From Gemmatimonadales bacterium (lineage in GTDB: Bacteria > Gemmatimonadota > Gemmatimonadetes > Gemmatimonadales > Gemmatimonadaceae): a stretch of 64,000 bases of DNA. The notes under the pieces were generated by a model. That model was given only the letters and a program-made list of their open reading frames with translations. It was not told the origin of the DNA and searched no databases. The stretch's first letter is position 1. Each line of letters opens with the position of its first letter. The position numbers were made by a program, and so were the translations under genes. The stretch spans positions 1,134-65,133 of the forward strand of contig JBIOHR010000001.1 of assembly GCA_044449085.1 (NCBI GenBank), given 5' to 3'. Positions 36,574 to 44,547 of this stretch are shown piece after piece.

Positions 36574-36917
36574 GCGATCGACTCCAGCGCCTTGAGCAGC
36601 TCGACGCGCAGCAGCCCCACATTCGCACGCGGCTCCGCCACGACGACGATCACGAGGTCGTCGCGGCCCGCCGCGCACATGCGCCCGCCCTCCGCGTCGA
36701 GCTCGAAGAAACCCGTCGAGCCGAATCCGGCTGCGCCCGCCGCGCGGCGGGCCTTCCGGTACAGCGACGCGGTCAGGGCGGCGAACGCGTCGCCGTTCAC
36801 GCCGATCTGCAGGCTCGAGTCGACGATCATGCCGTCCGCTTCACCCACCACCATACAGCCCGTCACGCCGCGGTGGCGGATGAGCGACGCCAGCAGCGTA
36901 CTGAACGGGCTGGTCAT
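36570..36917 (-). CDS. Roadblock/LC7 domain protein (MglB/MglC paralogue)
   Basis: The ATG at 36917 overlaps the upstream stop (ATGA). 115 aa. VTGCMVVGEADGMIVDSSL...AAGRDDLVIVVVAEPRANVGLLRVEL follows the single-domain Roadblock pattern. Confidence 0.8.
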   Translation of the reverse strand: MTSPFSTLLASLIRHRGVTGCMVVGEADGMIVDSSLQIGVNGDAFAALTASLYRKARRAAGAAGFGSTGFFELDAEGGRMCAAGRDDLVIVVVAEPRANVGLLRVELLKALESIA

Positions 36918-37726
36918 GCGCGCCACCCCATCCATTCGTTGGCGCGATCGAGCGACCGCTCCAGCAGGCGCCGCACGTACCCGAGAGGGACGCTGCGCGG
37001 CGCGGCCACGAGGAGCACGCCTCCGCCGCCCGGGGCCATGGCGACGCTCGCCATGTCCGCCTCGAAGACAATCTGGCGCCAGCGGCCCAGCCCGAGATGG
37101 CGCATGGCGCGGTTGGCCTCGTCGCTCACGCCCGAGAGCTGCGCACCGATGTCCGCGCCGAGGTCGCGTCCGTCTTCCGTGCGGTACTCGCCGGCCACGA
37201 CGTAGCCATCGGCGTCGAGCAGGATCGCCGTCTGCGCGGCGTCGCCGAGCACGTCGTGGAACAGCGTGCGCGCGTCGACCATGCGTGCGGGCTCGGTCGG
37301 CGCCTCCTCGATCGGCCTGCCGTCGGCCTGCGACGCGCGCACCGTGTCGAGTGCCGCCGAGAGCGACTGATCGGCCGGGTCCGCGGCGAGCGCGGCACCA
37401 AGATAGCGCGCGGCCTCGTCGAGATCGCCCTGCTGGAAGCACAGAAAACCCAGCCCCTTCTGCGCGCCCCCGTGTCCCGGCGCCAGCGCGAGGACCGATT
37501 CCCATTCATCGCGGGCGCGCGCGAAATCGCCGCGGTCGATCGCGATGCGCGCGACGAGGTCGTGCGCGTCCGCGCGCTGCGCATGCCGCTCCAGTCCCCG
37601 GGTCGCGACGCGCCACGCAAGTTCGAGCTGACCAAGCCGCCGGAGCGCCTCGCCCAGCTGCACGAACACGATGCTCGACGGATCCGCGGCGAGCGTCTCG
37701 CTGAGCGTGCGGATGTCGTCACTCAT
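36914..37726 (-). CDS. TPR + Roadblock/LC7 fusion protein
   Basis: The ATG at 37726 overlaps the upstream stop (ATGA). 270 aa. The N-terminal 130 aa or so are TPR-like (GDFARARDEWESVLALAPGH, GDLDEAARYLGAALAADPAD). The C-terminal part, AILLDADGYVVAGEY...IVFEADMASVAMAPGGGGVLLVAAPRSVPLGYV, is Roadblock-type. Confidence 0.8.
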   Translation of the reverse strand: MSDDIRTLSETLAADPSSIVFVQLGEALRRLGQLELAWRVATRGLERHAQRADAHDLVARIAIDRGDFARARDEWESVLALAPGHGGAQKGLGFLCFQQGDLDEAARYLGAALAADPADQSLSAALDTVRASQADGRPIEEAPTEPARMVDARTLFHDVLGDAAQTAILLDADGYVVAGEYRTEDGRDLGADIGAQLSGVSDEANRAMRHLGLGRWRQIVFEADMASVAMAPGGGGVLLVAAPRSVPLGYVRRLLERSLDRANEWMGWRA

Positions 37727-38796
37727 GCGGGTGCGCCTCCACCGGGCCTGCGCGGGAGTGCGTTTGCGCCGCCCTGCGCTGGGTACCTCGCCTCGACGAG
37801 CGCGCGGAGCCTCGCCGCGGACTCGAGGCCGTCGCGCACGCGTCCGGTCATGTCGTGCCGCGGATGCGCCTGCAGCCACGTGGCCCATGACCCCACCGCG
37901 CTCTGGAAGTCACCGCGGAGCACGTACTGGAACCCGCGCTCGAGGTCGTCGGCACCGTCGGCGACCGGCGGCGGCGGGACGGCGAGCGGTGCGACCACCG
38001 GCGTCGGCACGTCGGCCACCGCGCGCGTGCCGATCGGCGGCGTTGGCGCACGCGCGGCGACCCGCTCGGCCACCGAAGGCGGAACCACGAGCTCCACCAC
38101 GCCCGTGCTCACGAGACCGTACACGACCTTCGCCGTGTCGAACTCCGTGCGCGCGAGCTGCGATGCGATCGCGCGCAGGTCGAGCGAGCCGTCGATCATC
38201 GTGAGCACCTCCCACTCACTCGGCAGGAGGTCGAGCATCGGCGCGTGCTGGTCGTCCTTCAGCGACGCGAGGCGGGGGATGGCGAGAAGGCTCGGCACGC
38301 GGTCGGAGATGCGCGACCACTCGTCGATGCGGCGCGCGCCCTCCATGAGCAGCGCCTCGGTGCCGATCTGCACCATCGGGTCGCCGTCCATCGCGCCTTC
38401 CTCAAAACGGAAGAAACCCTCGCGCCACGACAGCAGTTCGAAGATGACCGCCTCGATCTGGAGGCGCACCTGGCGCTCGAGTTCCTTTTGCGAGATCGCG
38501 CCCATCTCGAGCAGGATCTCACCGAGGCGGCGGCTGTCGCCGCGTTCCTTCTGCGCGGCGCTCGCCGCCGCCACCTGGGCGGCGGTGACGCGGCCTGTCC
38601 GCATCAGGAGATCGCCGAGGCGGTGCGGATTGCTCCGGATCGCCGCCGCTACGACCCTGCCATTCTGGAAGTGGACCGTCCCCTCGTTGTCGCGCAGCTC
38701 GGAGGTGACGGCAAGCGTTCCCGTCTTCCGGCTCAGGTCGAGAAGCTGGAAGACGTCGTGGATCCCGAGTTCGCGGAGCGGCCCTTCGATCGCCAT
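37723..38796 (-). CDS. PATAN/DUF4388 domain protein
   Basis: 357 aa. MAIEGPLRELGIHDVFQLLDLSRKTGTLAVT...GTVHFQNGRVVAA...VIFELLSWREGFFRFEE is a second copy of the DUF4388 signature, with the same helical insert (RLGEILLEMGAISQKELERQ). The Pro/Ala-rich C-terminus has no TPR. Confidence 0.85.
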   Translation of the reverse strand: MAIEGPLRELGIHDVFQLLDLSRKTGTLAVTSELRDNEGTVHFQNGRVVAAAIRSNPHRLGDLLMRTGRVTAAQVAAASAAQKERGDSRRLGEILLEMGAISQKELERQVRLQIEAVIFELLSWREGFFRFEEGAMDGDPMVQIGTEALLMEGARRIDEWSRISDRVPSLLAIPRLASLKDDQHAPMLDLLPSEWEVLTMIDGSLDLRAIASQLARTEFDTAKVVYGLVSTGVVELVVPPSVAERVAARAPTPPIGTRAVADVPTPVVAPLAVPPPPVADGADDLERGFQYVLRGDFQSAVGSWATWLQAHPRHDMTGRVRDGLESAARLRALVEARYPAQGGANALPRRPGGGAPA

Positions 38797-38798
38797 GG

Positions 38799-41522
38799 TC
38801 AGTGCCCTCCGAGGCGGCTGCCGAACACCGTCAGCAGGTCTTCGGCCGACCGCATCTCGCGGCGGGCACGCCGCGCGTAGTCACCCGCCGGCTCGAGTTC
38901 GATGACGCGGTGCCACCGCGCGATCGCCTCGCGATAGCGCTTCTGCGCGGCGAGGATGGCGCCGTCGTAGAACGTCGCGCCTGCGTGGTCGGGATCGAAC
39001 GCGAGCACGCGACGGAACGCCCTCGCGGCATCCGCGGGCCGGCTGAGCTCGATGAGCGTCTCGCCGAGCGCGATGTGTCCGTCAAAGTTGTAGGAGTCCC
39101 GCTGCAGCAGGTCGACGAGCAGGCTCACCGCCTCGCGCTGCTGGCCCGTGAGGCGGCGCAGCGTCGCGAGCTCGAGCGTCGCCTCCGCGTACGTCGGCAC
39201 CGCGTCGAGCGCGGCGACGAGTTCCTGCTCCGCTTCGCGCCACAGATGGCGCTGCATCAGGAGGCGCGCCAGATCGAAGCGCACGGCGGCGAAATCGGCG
39301 TCGAGCGCGAGCGCGTCGCGGTACGCGCGAATCGCGCCGTCGACGTCCCCGAGCGACCGCGTGATGTTGCCGGTCCAGCGGAGCACGTCCGCGCGCTCCG
39401 GCGCGAGCGCGCGCGCCGCGTCGAGGGCTTCGAGGGCCGCCGCGGGATCACCGGCCTCGAACCGGCACGTCGCCACGAGCATCAGCGCGTCGACGTCGTT
39501 CGGCACGGCAATGAGCACCTGCTCGGCGATCTCGCGCGCTTCCGCACCGCGGCCGAGGAGGAGCAGCGTCTGCGCCTCGCCGCGCCGCGCCCGCAGGTGC
39601 CACGGGTTCGCCGCGAGCGCCGCACGGTACTTCTCGAGTGCATCGCCGAACGCGCCCTGCCGGCACAGGATGTCGCCGAGCAGCGCGTTCCCCTCCGCCT
39701 CGTCGGCGCCCCGCAGGATGGCCCGGCTCGCCTCCGCCATCGCGCGGTCGTAGAGGCCCGTCGAGAGGTAATCGGCGGCCATCGTGAACGCGTCGGCCTC
39801 CACCATCACCGGCGGCGGCGGTTCAGGGGGCGGCGCGAGCTCGCTGAACAGCGATTCGAGCAGCCTCGGGTCGAACGTGAAGCTCTCGACTTCGCCGCTC
39901 GTGCGCTGCTCGCCGCCGAGGTCCGGCACGACCGAGAGGTCGGGGTCTTCGTACTCGAGGTCGATGGCCAGCGCGAATTTCTGCGGCACGTAATAGGGGT
40001 CGATCTCGAGCGCGCGCTTCGTTTCGCGCAGCGCGCCTTCGTGGTCCCCCAGGTTCGAGAGCGTGAAGCTCAGGTTGTAGTGCGCCTCGGCAAAGCGCGG
40101 CCGCGCCTGGATCGCGCGCGCGAAGCTGTTTCGCGCCTCCTCGAACTTGCGCAATTCCCCGAGCACGAGGCCGACGCCGTTCCAGGCGAGCGGGCTCTCC
40201 GGCTCCGTGACGAGCACCTGCTTGTACGCCTCGAGCGCGAGCTGGAAGCGGCGGCTCTTGGTGAGCAGCAACCCGAGGTTCAGCCGCGCCTTCACGAAGC
40301 CGGCGTTCGCTCCGAGGGCGTCGCGGAAGGCGTCCACGGCACGCTCGCGTTCGCCCGCGTGGTACAGTGCGACGCCGAGATTGTTGTGCGCAATCGCATA
40401 CAGCGGATCGGCCTCGAGCGAGCGGCGGTAGTTCTCCGCCGCCTCGGTGAAGCGGCCATCCTGGTGCTCCGCCACGCCGCGCTCGTTCCAGAGCTTCGGG
40501 CTGTCCGGCGTCTCGCGCAGGAGGCTGTCGTAGAGCGCGATGGCGGCCGCGGGATCCTTGCGCAGAATGTGCACTTCCGCCATCGCCTGCAGCACGAGCG
40601 CGCGGTCCTCGCCGCGCTCGAGCGCGAGTTGGTACTCGCGCTGCGCCTCCGAGTAGTACCCTTTCTGCCGGAACGCGAGGCCGAGGTTGTAGTGCGCGAG
40701 CTGGCCGCCCTCCGCCACCTGCATCATGCGCGCGGAACGCCGTTCATGCGGGCCCGGCGCGAGCTCGGCGTACTTCTCCGGGTTGTACTGGTCGAGCGAG
40801 AGGTTCGCCTGCGCGCGCGACAGCGTCGGGTTGAGGTGCACCGCGCGCTTGCTCGCCGCGGCCGCGTCCTCGTGGCGCCCCATGTCGCCGTAGACGAAGC
40901 TCAGCAGGAAAAGGGCGTCGGGGTTCTCGGGGTTCAGCTCGATCGCGCGCTTGAGCGCGTCGAGTGCCTCCTCCATGCGCCCCTGGTTGTAGAGAACTTC
41001 GCCGAGATAGAAGCGCGTGACCGAGCTGGCGGAATCGAGCCGGATGGCCTCTTCGAACCAGTGCTGAGCGGCCCCGAGGTTGCCGCCGGCCTTCTCCGCG
41101 AGACCGAGCTGCACGACGGCACCCAAATCGTTGGGATGATGCCGCAGCAGCGCCGTGAACTCCGCCACCGCGTCCTCGGACTGGCCGAGCAGCGCGTACG
41201 CGCGGCCGAGTTCCCAGCGTGCGTCGCGATCGTCCACGCGAAAGCGCAGCTTCTCGCGCAGTTCCGCGATGCGACGGTCGTAGTACCCCGTGTTGAAGTA
41301 GGCGACTTCGAGGTTGCGCTGCGCGACCTGCATCTTGGGGTCGAGCTCGAGCGCCTTCGTGAACGCGGCGGCCGCCTCCTCGTAGAGTCCCTTGTTGTAG
41401 TAGAGGACGCCGAGGTTGTTGTGTGCGCCGGCATCGGACGGATCGATGCGCCGCGCGAACGACTTGAGCGTGTCGCGGTCGCGGTCGGAGGCGAGCGGGG
41501 CGGACACGGGATGCTCAGCCAA
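38799..41522 (-). CDS. large all-TPR scaffold protein (about 900 aa)
   Basis: 907 aa from the TTG at 41522 (8-nt overlap with cheC). The alternative GTG at 41507 lies 8 nt after the cheC stop. More than 20 recognisable TPR units (AHNNLGVLYYNKGLYEEAAAAFTKALELDP, AHYNLGLAFRQKGYYSEAQREYQLALE, and so on). Confidence 0.88.
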   Translation of the reverse strand: MAEHPVSAPLASDRDRDTLKSFARRIDPSDAGAHNNLGVLYYNKGLYEEAAAAFTKALELDPKMQVAQRNLEVAYFNTGYYDRRIAELREKLRFRVDDRDARWELGRAYALLGQSEDAVAEFTALLRHHPNDLGAVVQLGLAEKAGGNLGAAQHWFEEAIRLDSASSVTRFYLGEVLYNQGRMEEALDALKRAIELNPENPDALFLLSFVYGDMGRHEDAAAASKRAVHLNPTLSRAQANLSLDQYNPEKYAELAPGPHERRSARMMQVAEGGQLAHYNLGLAFRQKGYYSEAQREYQLALERGEDRALVLQAMAEVHILRKDPAAAIALYDSLLRETPDSPKLWNERGVAEHQDGRFTEAAENYRRSLEADPLYAIAHNNLGVALYHAGERERAVDAFRDALGANAGFVKARLNLGLLLTKSRRFQLALEAYKQVLVTEPESPLAWNGVGLVLGELRKFEEARNSFARAIQARPRFAEAHYNLSFTLSNLGDHEGALRETKRALEIDPYYVPQKFALAIDLEYEDPDLSVVPDLGGEQRTSGEVESFTFDPRLLESLFSELAPPPEPPPPVMVEADAFTMAADYLSTGLYDRAMAEASRAILRGADEAEGNALLGDILCRQGAFGDALEKYRAALAANPWHLRARRGEAQTLLLLGRGAEAREIAEQVLIAVPNDVDALMLVATCRFEAGDPAAALEALDAARALAPERADVLRWTGNITRSLGDVDGAIRAYRDALALDADFAAVRFDLARLLMQRHLWREAEQELVAALDAVPTYAEATLELATLRRLTGQQREAVSLLVDLLQRDSYNFDGHIALGETLIELSRPADAARAFRRVLAFDPDHAGATFYDGAILAAQKRYREAIARWHRVIELEPAGDYARRARREMRSAEDLLTVFGSRLGGH

Positions 41523-42129
41523 CGCGGATCGCGCGGAGCATGGCAGTCAGGCTGCCGAGGTCTGGCATCAGGAGGAAGAATCCGCGGAGCGACTCGTTGA
41601 GCTCGGTCAGGTGGAATTCCGTCTCCACGCAGAACACGTACTCCGCGCCCTGCGCCATCTCGACGAACGTCGAGCTCATGACGGCGTCCGACATGTCGAT
41701 GGCGAGTGACGGCGGCGACGGGAGGAGGATCATGCCCATGAACTCGCTGAGCGCGTTGAGGTACGCGGCGCTCAGGATGTTCCCCGCCTCGCGCAGCGCG
41801 GACTGCTCGATCTCGCCGAGCGACTCGACCGCGTCGCGCTTCATCATCAGCCCGGCCACGCGCCGCGCCGTGGCCTGCGGAAAGATGAGCAGCGCGAGGC
41901 CCGTGAGGTCGCCGAGAATCTTCATGAGCACGGCCGCCACCGGCTCCTCGTCGGACCCGACCTGGTTCGGGATGTCCTCGAGGGCGGCGATGTTGATCTG
42001 CGGCACGCTGATCATGATCGTGTGGCCCGTCATCTGCGAGAGCGCGGTCGCGGCGTGCCCCGCGCCGATGTTCGCCACCTCGCGGAGGGCATCGAGCTGG
42101 AGTGCCTTGAGTTTGCGGATGTCGTCCAC
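41515..42129 (-). CDS. cheC: CheY-P phosphatase CheC
   Basis: 204 aa, GTG start 2 nt after the cheA stop. Two CheC active-site repeats are present: DALREVANIGAGHAATAL and SALREAGNILSAAYLNAL (D/S-x3-E-x2-N). Confidence 0.88.
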   Translation of the reverse strand: MDDIRKLKALQLDALREVANIGAGHAATALSQMTGHTIMISVPQINIAALEDIPNQVGSDEEPVAAVLMKILGDLTGLALLIFPQATARRVAGLMMKRDAVESLGEIEQSALREAGNILSAAYLNALSEFMGMILLPSPPSLAIDMSDAVMSSTFVEMAQGAEYVFCVETEFHLTELNESLRGFFLLMPDLGSLTAMLRAIRVG

Positions 42130-42131
42130 CG

Positions 42132-44093
42132 TTAACTCCCCTCGAAGAGGCTGCCCACGTCCATGATCAATGCCGGCGCGCCGTCCGCGAGGATCGTCGC
42201 CCCGCTGAACAGCGCGAGCGCGTCGCGCGCCGCGTCAAACTGCTTCACGACGATGTCCTGCTGGCCGATCAGCTCGTCCACGACGAGCCCGGACCGGCGC
42301 TCGCCGCGCTCGAGCACGACGATCTCCCGGTTCGCGACGGCGGCGCCGCGCGGGGCCGGCGCCGCGGCGCCCTGCCGCACAACGTCGCGCAAGTCGAGCA
42401 GCGGCAGCACCTCGTCGCGGAGCACCAGCACCCGCTTCCCCTTCACGTGCTGGACGACGTCGTCGCCGTACTCGAGCGTCTCGCGCACGTGCGTGAGCGG
42501 CAGCGCATAGCGCTCCGTGCCCGACCGCGCGAGCAGCGCGCGCACGATCGCCAGCGTGACGGGAAGGCGGATCGTGATCGTCGTGCCCTCGCCCGGCACG
42601 CTCTTCAGCTCCACCGATCCACCGAGTGCGCGCGCCTTGGACTGCACCACGTCGATCCCCACGCCGCGCCCCGAAAGATCGGAAACCTCGTCGGCCGTCG
42701 AGAAGCCGGGCTGCGCGATCAGCCGGAATAGGGTGTCGTCGTCGACGTCGCGCGTGGCCTCGTCCACGAGCCCCGAGGCGCGCGCACGCGCCAGCACCCG
42801 CGCGCGGTCGATGCCGCGGCCGTCGTCGCTCACGCGGATGAGCACCGCCGCGCGGTCGCGCGAGGCGCTCAGCACGAGGCGGCCGGAGCGCGGCTTCCCG
42901 GCGGCGGCGCGCGCCGCGGGCGACTCGATCCCGTGGCCGATGGCGTTGCGCAGCAGGTGCACGACCGGTTCGCCGATTTCGTCGAGCAGCGAGCGGTCCA
43001 GCTCGATCTCCTTCCCCTCGACGACGAAGTTCACGTCCTTGTTCAGCTGGCGCGCCGCATCGCGCACGAGGCGCGGAAAGCGGTCGAACACCTGCCACAC
43101 CGGAACCATGCGCATCGTCATGATTTCGGTCTGCAGGTCCGATACGAGGCGTGCCGCCATCTGCATGGCCTCGTCGAGCGCGGGGTCGCCGTTCGTCGCG
43201 GTGAGCTGGAGCAGGCGGCCGCGCGTGATGACGAGCTCGCCGATGAGGTTCATCAGCGCGTCGAGACGTGCCAGGTCGATCCGCACGTGACGCGTCGGAC
43301 GCGCGGACGGCCGCGCGGACTCTCCCCCCTCCTCCACGACTTCGATGGTCGTCCGCGACACATGCCGCGTGCGCCCCGCGACGTCGACTTCCACGAACGC
43401 GATGTCGCCGGCCGAGCGCACCGCCGCCTCGATCTCGTCAACGGACGCCGTCGTCACGACACGCATCGCGAACGCGAGCGGCGCGGTCGCCGCCTGCAGC
43501 TGCTCAACCGCCGGATCCGTCGCCGCGACGTCGCCGAGCGCGCGCACGCGCTGCACAGTCATGAACGCGCGCACCCCGGGAAGCGCCGTGTCCGCGGACT
43601 GCCGGACGCGCACGATCACCCCCGGGCCGTCGAGCGGATCGGACGCGGCGATCTGCACCAGCGCACCCGCCCCGCCGGCCGGTATCGCGGGGAACTCGCT
43701 CGTCGCCGAGCCGCCCGCGACGTCGCGCAGACGCTGCAGCGCGGCGATCATCGCCGGCGTCTGCACCGCGTGTTCGGACGCCGCGTCGATCGCGCTCTCG
43801 AGTGCGTCCGCCGACGCGAACAGCGCGTCCATGAGGTCGGGCGCCAGCAGCTGGTCCCCGCGACGCACGCGGTCGAGCACCGACTCGAGCTCGTGCGCGA
43901 ATTCCGCGACGGCATGGTACCCCATCGTCGCGCTCATGCCCTTCACGGTGTGCACGGCGCGGAACACGACGCTCACCGGCTCCACCGGATCCGTGCCCTC
44001 CTCGAGCGAGAGCAGCGCGCGATTGATCGCGGTGAGCTGCTCGCGGCTCTCCGTGCGGAAAAGCTCCGCGTAGCGCGATGGGTCGAGACTCAT
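42132..44093 (-). CDS. cheA: chemotaxis histidine kinase CheA
   Basis: 653 aa. Hpt P1 (FRAVHTVKGMSATMG), dimerisation P3 (RIDLARLDALMNLIGELVI), HATPase (HLLRNAIGHGIE, DDGRGID, GRGVGIDVV) and the C-terminal CheW-like P5. Confidence 0.96.
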   Translation of the reverse strand: MSLDPSRYAELFRTESREQLTAINRALLSLEEGTDPVEPVSVVFRAVHTVKGMSATMGYHAVAEFAHELESVLDRVRRGDQLLAPDLMDALFASADALESAIDAASEHAVQTPAMIAALQRLRDVAGGSATSEFPAIPAGGAGALVQIAASDPLDGPGVIVRVRQSADTALPGVRAFMTVQRVRALGDVAATDPAVEQLQAATAPLAFAMRVVTTASVDEIEAAVRSAGDIAFVEVDVAGRTRHVSRTTIEVVEEGGESARPSARPTRHVRIDLARLDALMNLIGELVITRGRLLQLTATNGDPALDEAMQMAARLVSDLQTEIMTMRMVPVWQVFDRFPRLVRDAARQLNKDVNFVVEGKEIELDRSLLDEIGEPVVHLLRNAIGHGIESPAARAAAGKPRSGRLVLSASRDRAAVLIRVSDDGRGIDRARVLARARASGLVDEATRDVDDDTLFRLIAQPGFSTADEVSDLSGRGVGIDVVQSKARALGGSVELKSVPGEGTTITIRLPVTLAIVRALLARSGTERYALPLTHVRETLEYGDDVVQHVKGKRVLVLRDEVLPLLDLRDVVRQGAAAPAPRGAAVANREIVVLERGERRSGLVVDELIGQQDIVVKQFDAARDALALFSGATILADGAPALIMDVGSLFEGS

Positions 44094-44141
44094 CGTCTGC
44101 GTCCGTTACGTCGGTGACACGTTCGGCGGGCGGCCGCGCGC

Positions 44142-44504
44142 TCAGCCGAGCACGCGCTGGACTGCCTCCAGCACGCGGCTCGGCTGGAAGGGCTTGACGA
44201 CGAAGTCCTTCGCTCCCGCCTGTATCGCCTCGACGACGAGCGCCTGCTGCCCCATCGCGCTGCACATCAGCACCTTCGCCTCGGGGTCGAAGCGCGTGAT
44301 CTCGCGCACCGCGTCGATGCCGCCCATGTCCGGCATGACGATGTCCATCGTCACGAGGTCAGGGCGAAGCTGCTTGTAGCGCTCGACCGCCTGCGCGCCG
44401 GTCTCCGCCTCGCCGACCACCTCGAAGCCCGCCTGCTGCAGGATGTCGCTGACCATCGTCCGCATGAAGATCGCGTCATCGCAAATGAGCACCGTAGGAG
44501 CCAC
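44142..44504 (-). CDS. cheY: chemotaxis response regulator CheY
   Basis: 120-aa single receiver domain. VLICDDAIFMR, LVTMDIVMPDMGG, and CSAMGQ..AGAKDFVVKPF. Confidence 0.95.
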   Translation of the reverse strand: MAPTVLICDDAIFMRTMVSDILQQAGFEVVGEAETGAQAVERYKQLRPDLVTMDIVMPDMGGIDAVREITRFDPEAKVLMCSAMGQQALVVEAIQAGAKDFVVKPFQPSRVLEAVQRVLG

Positions 44505-44547
44505 CGTACCCTCGCACAGAAAGAGTGATCGCGTGCCGCAACGCCGC

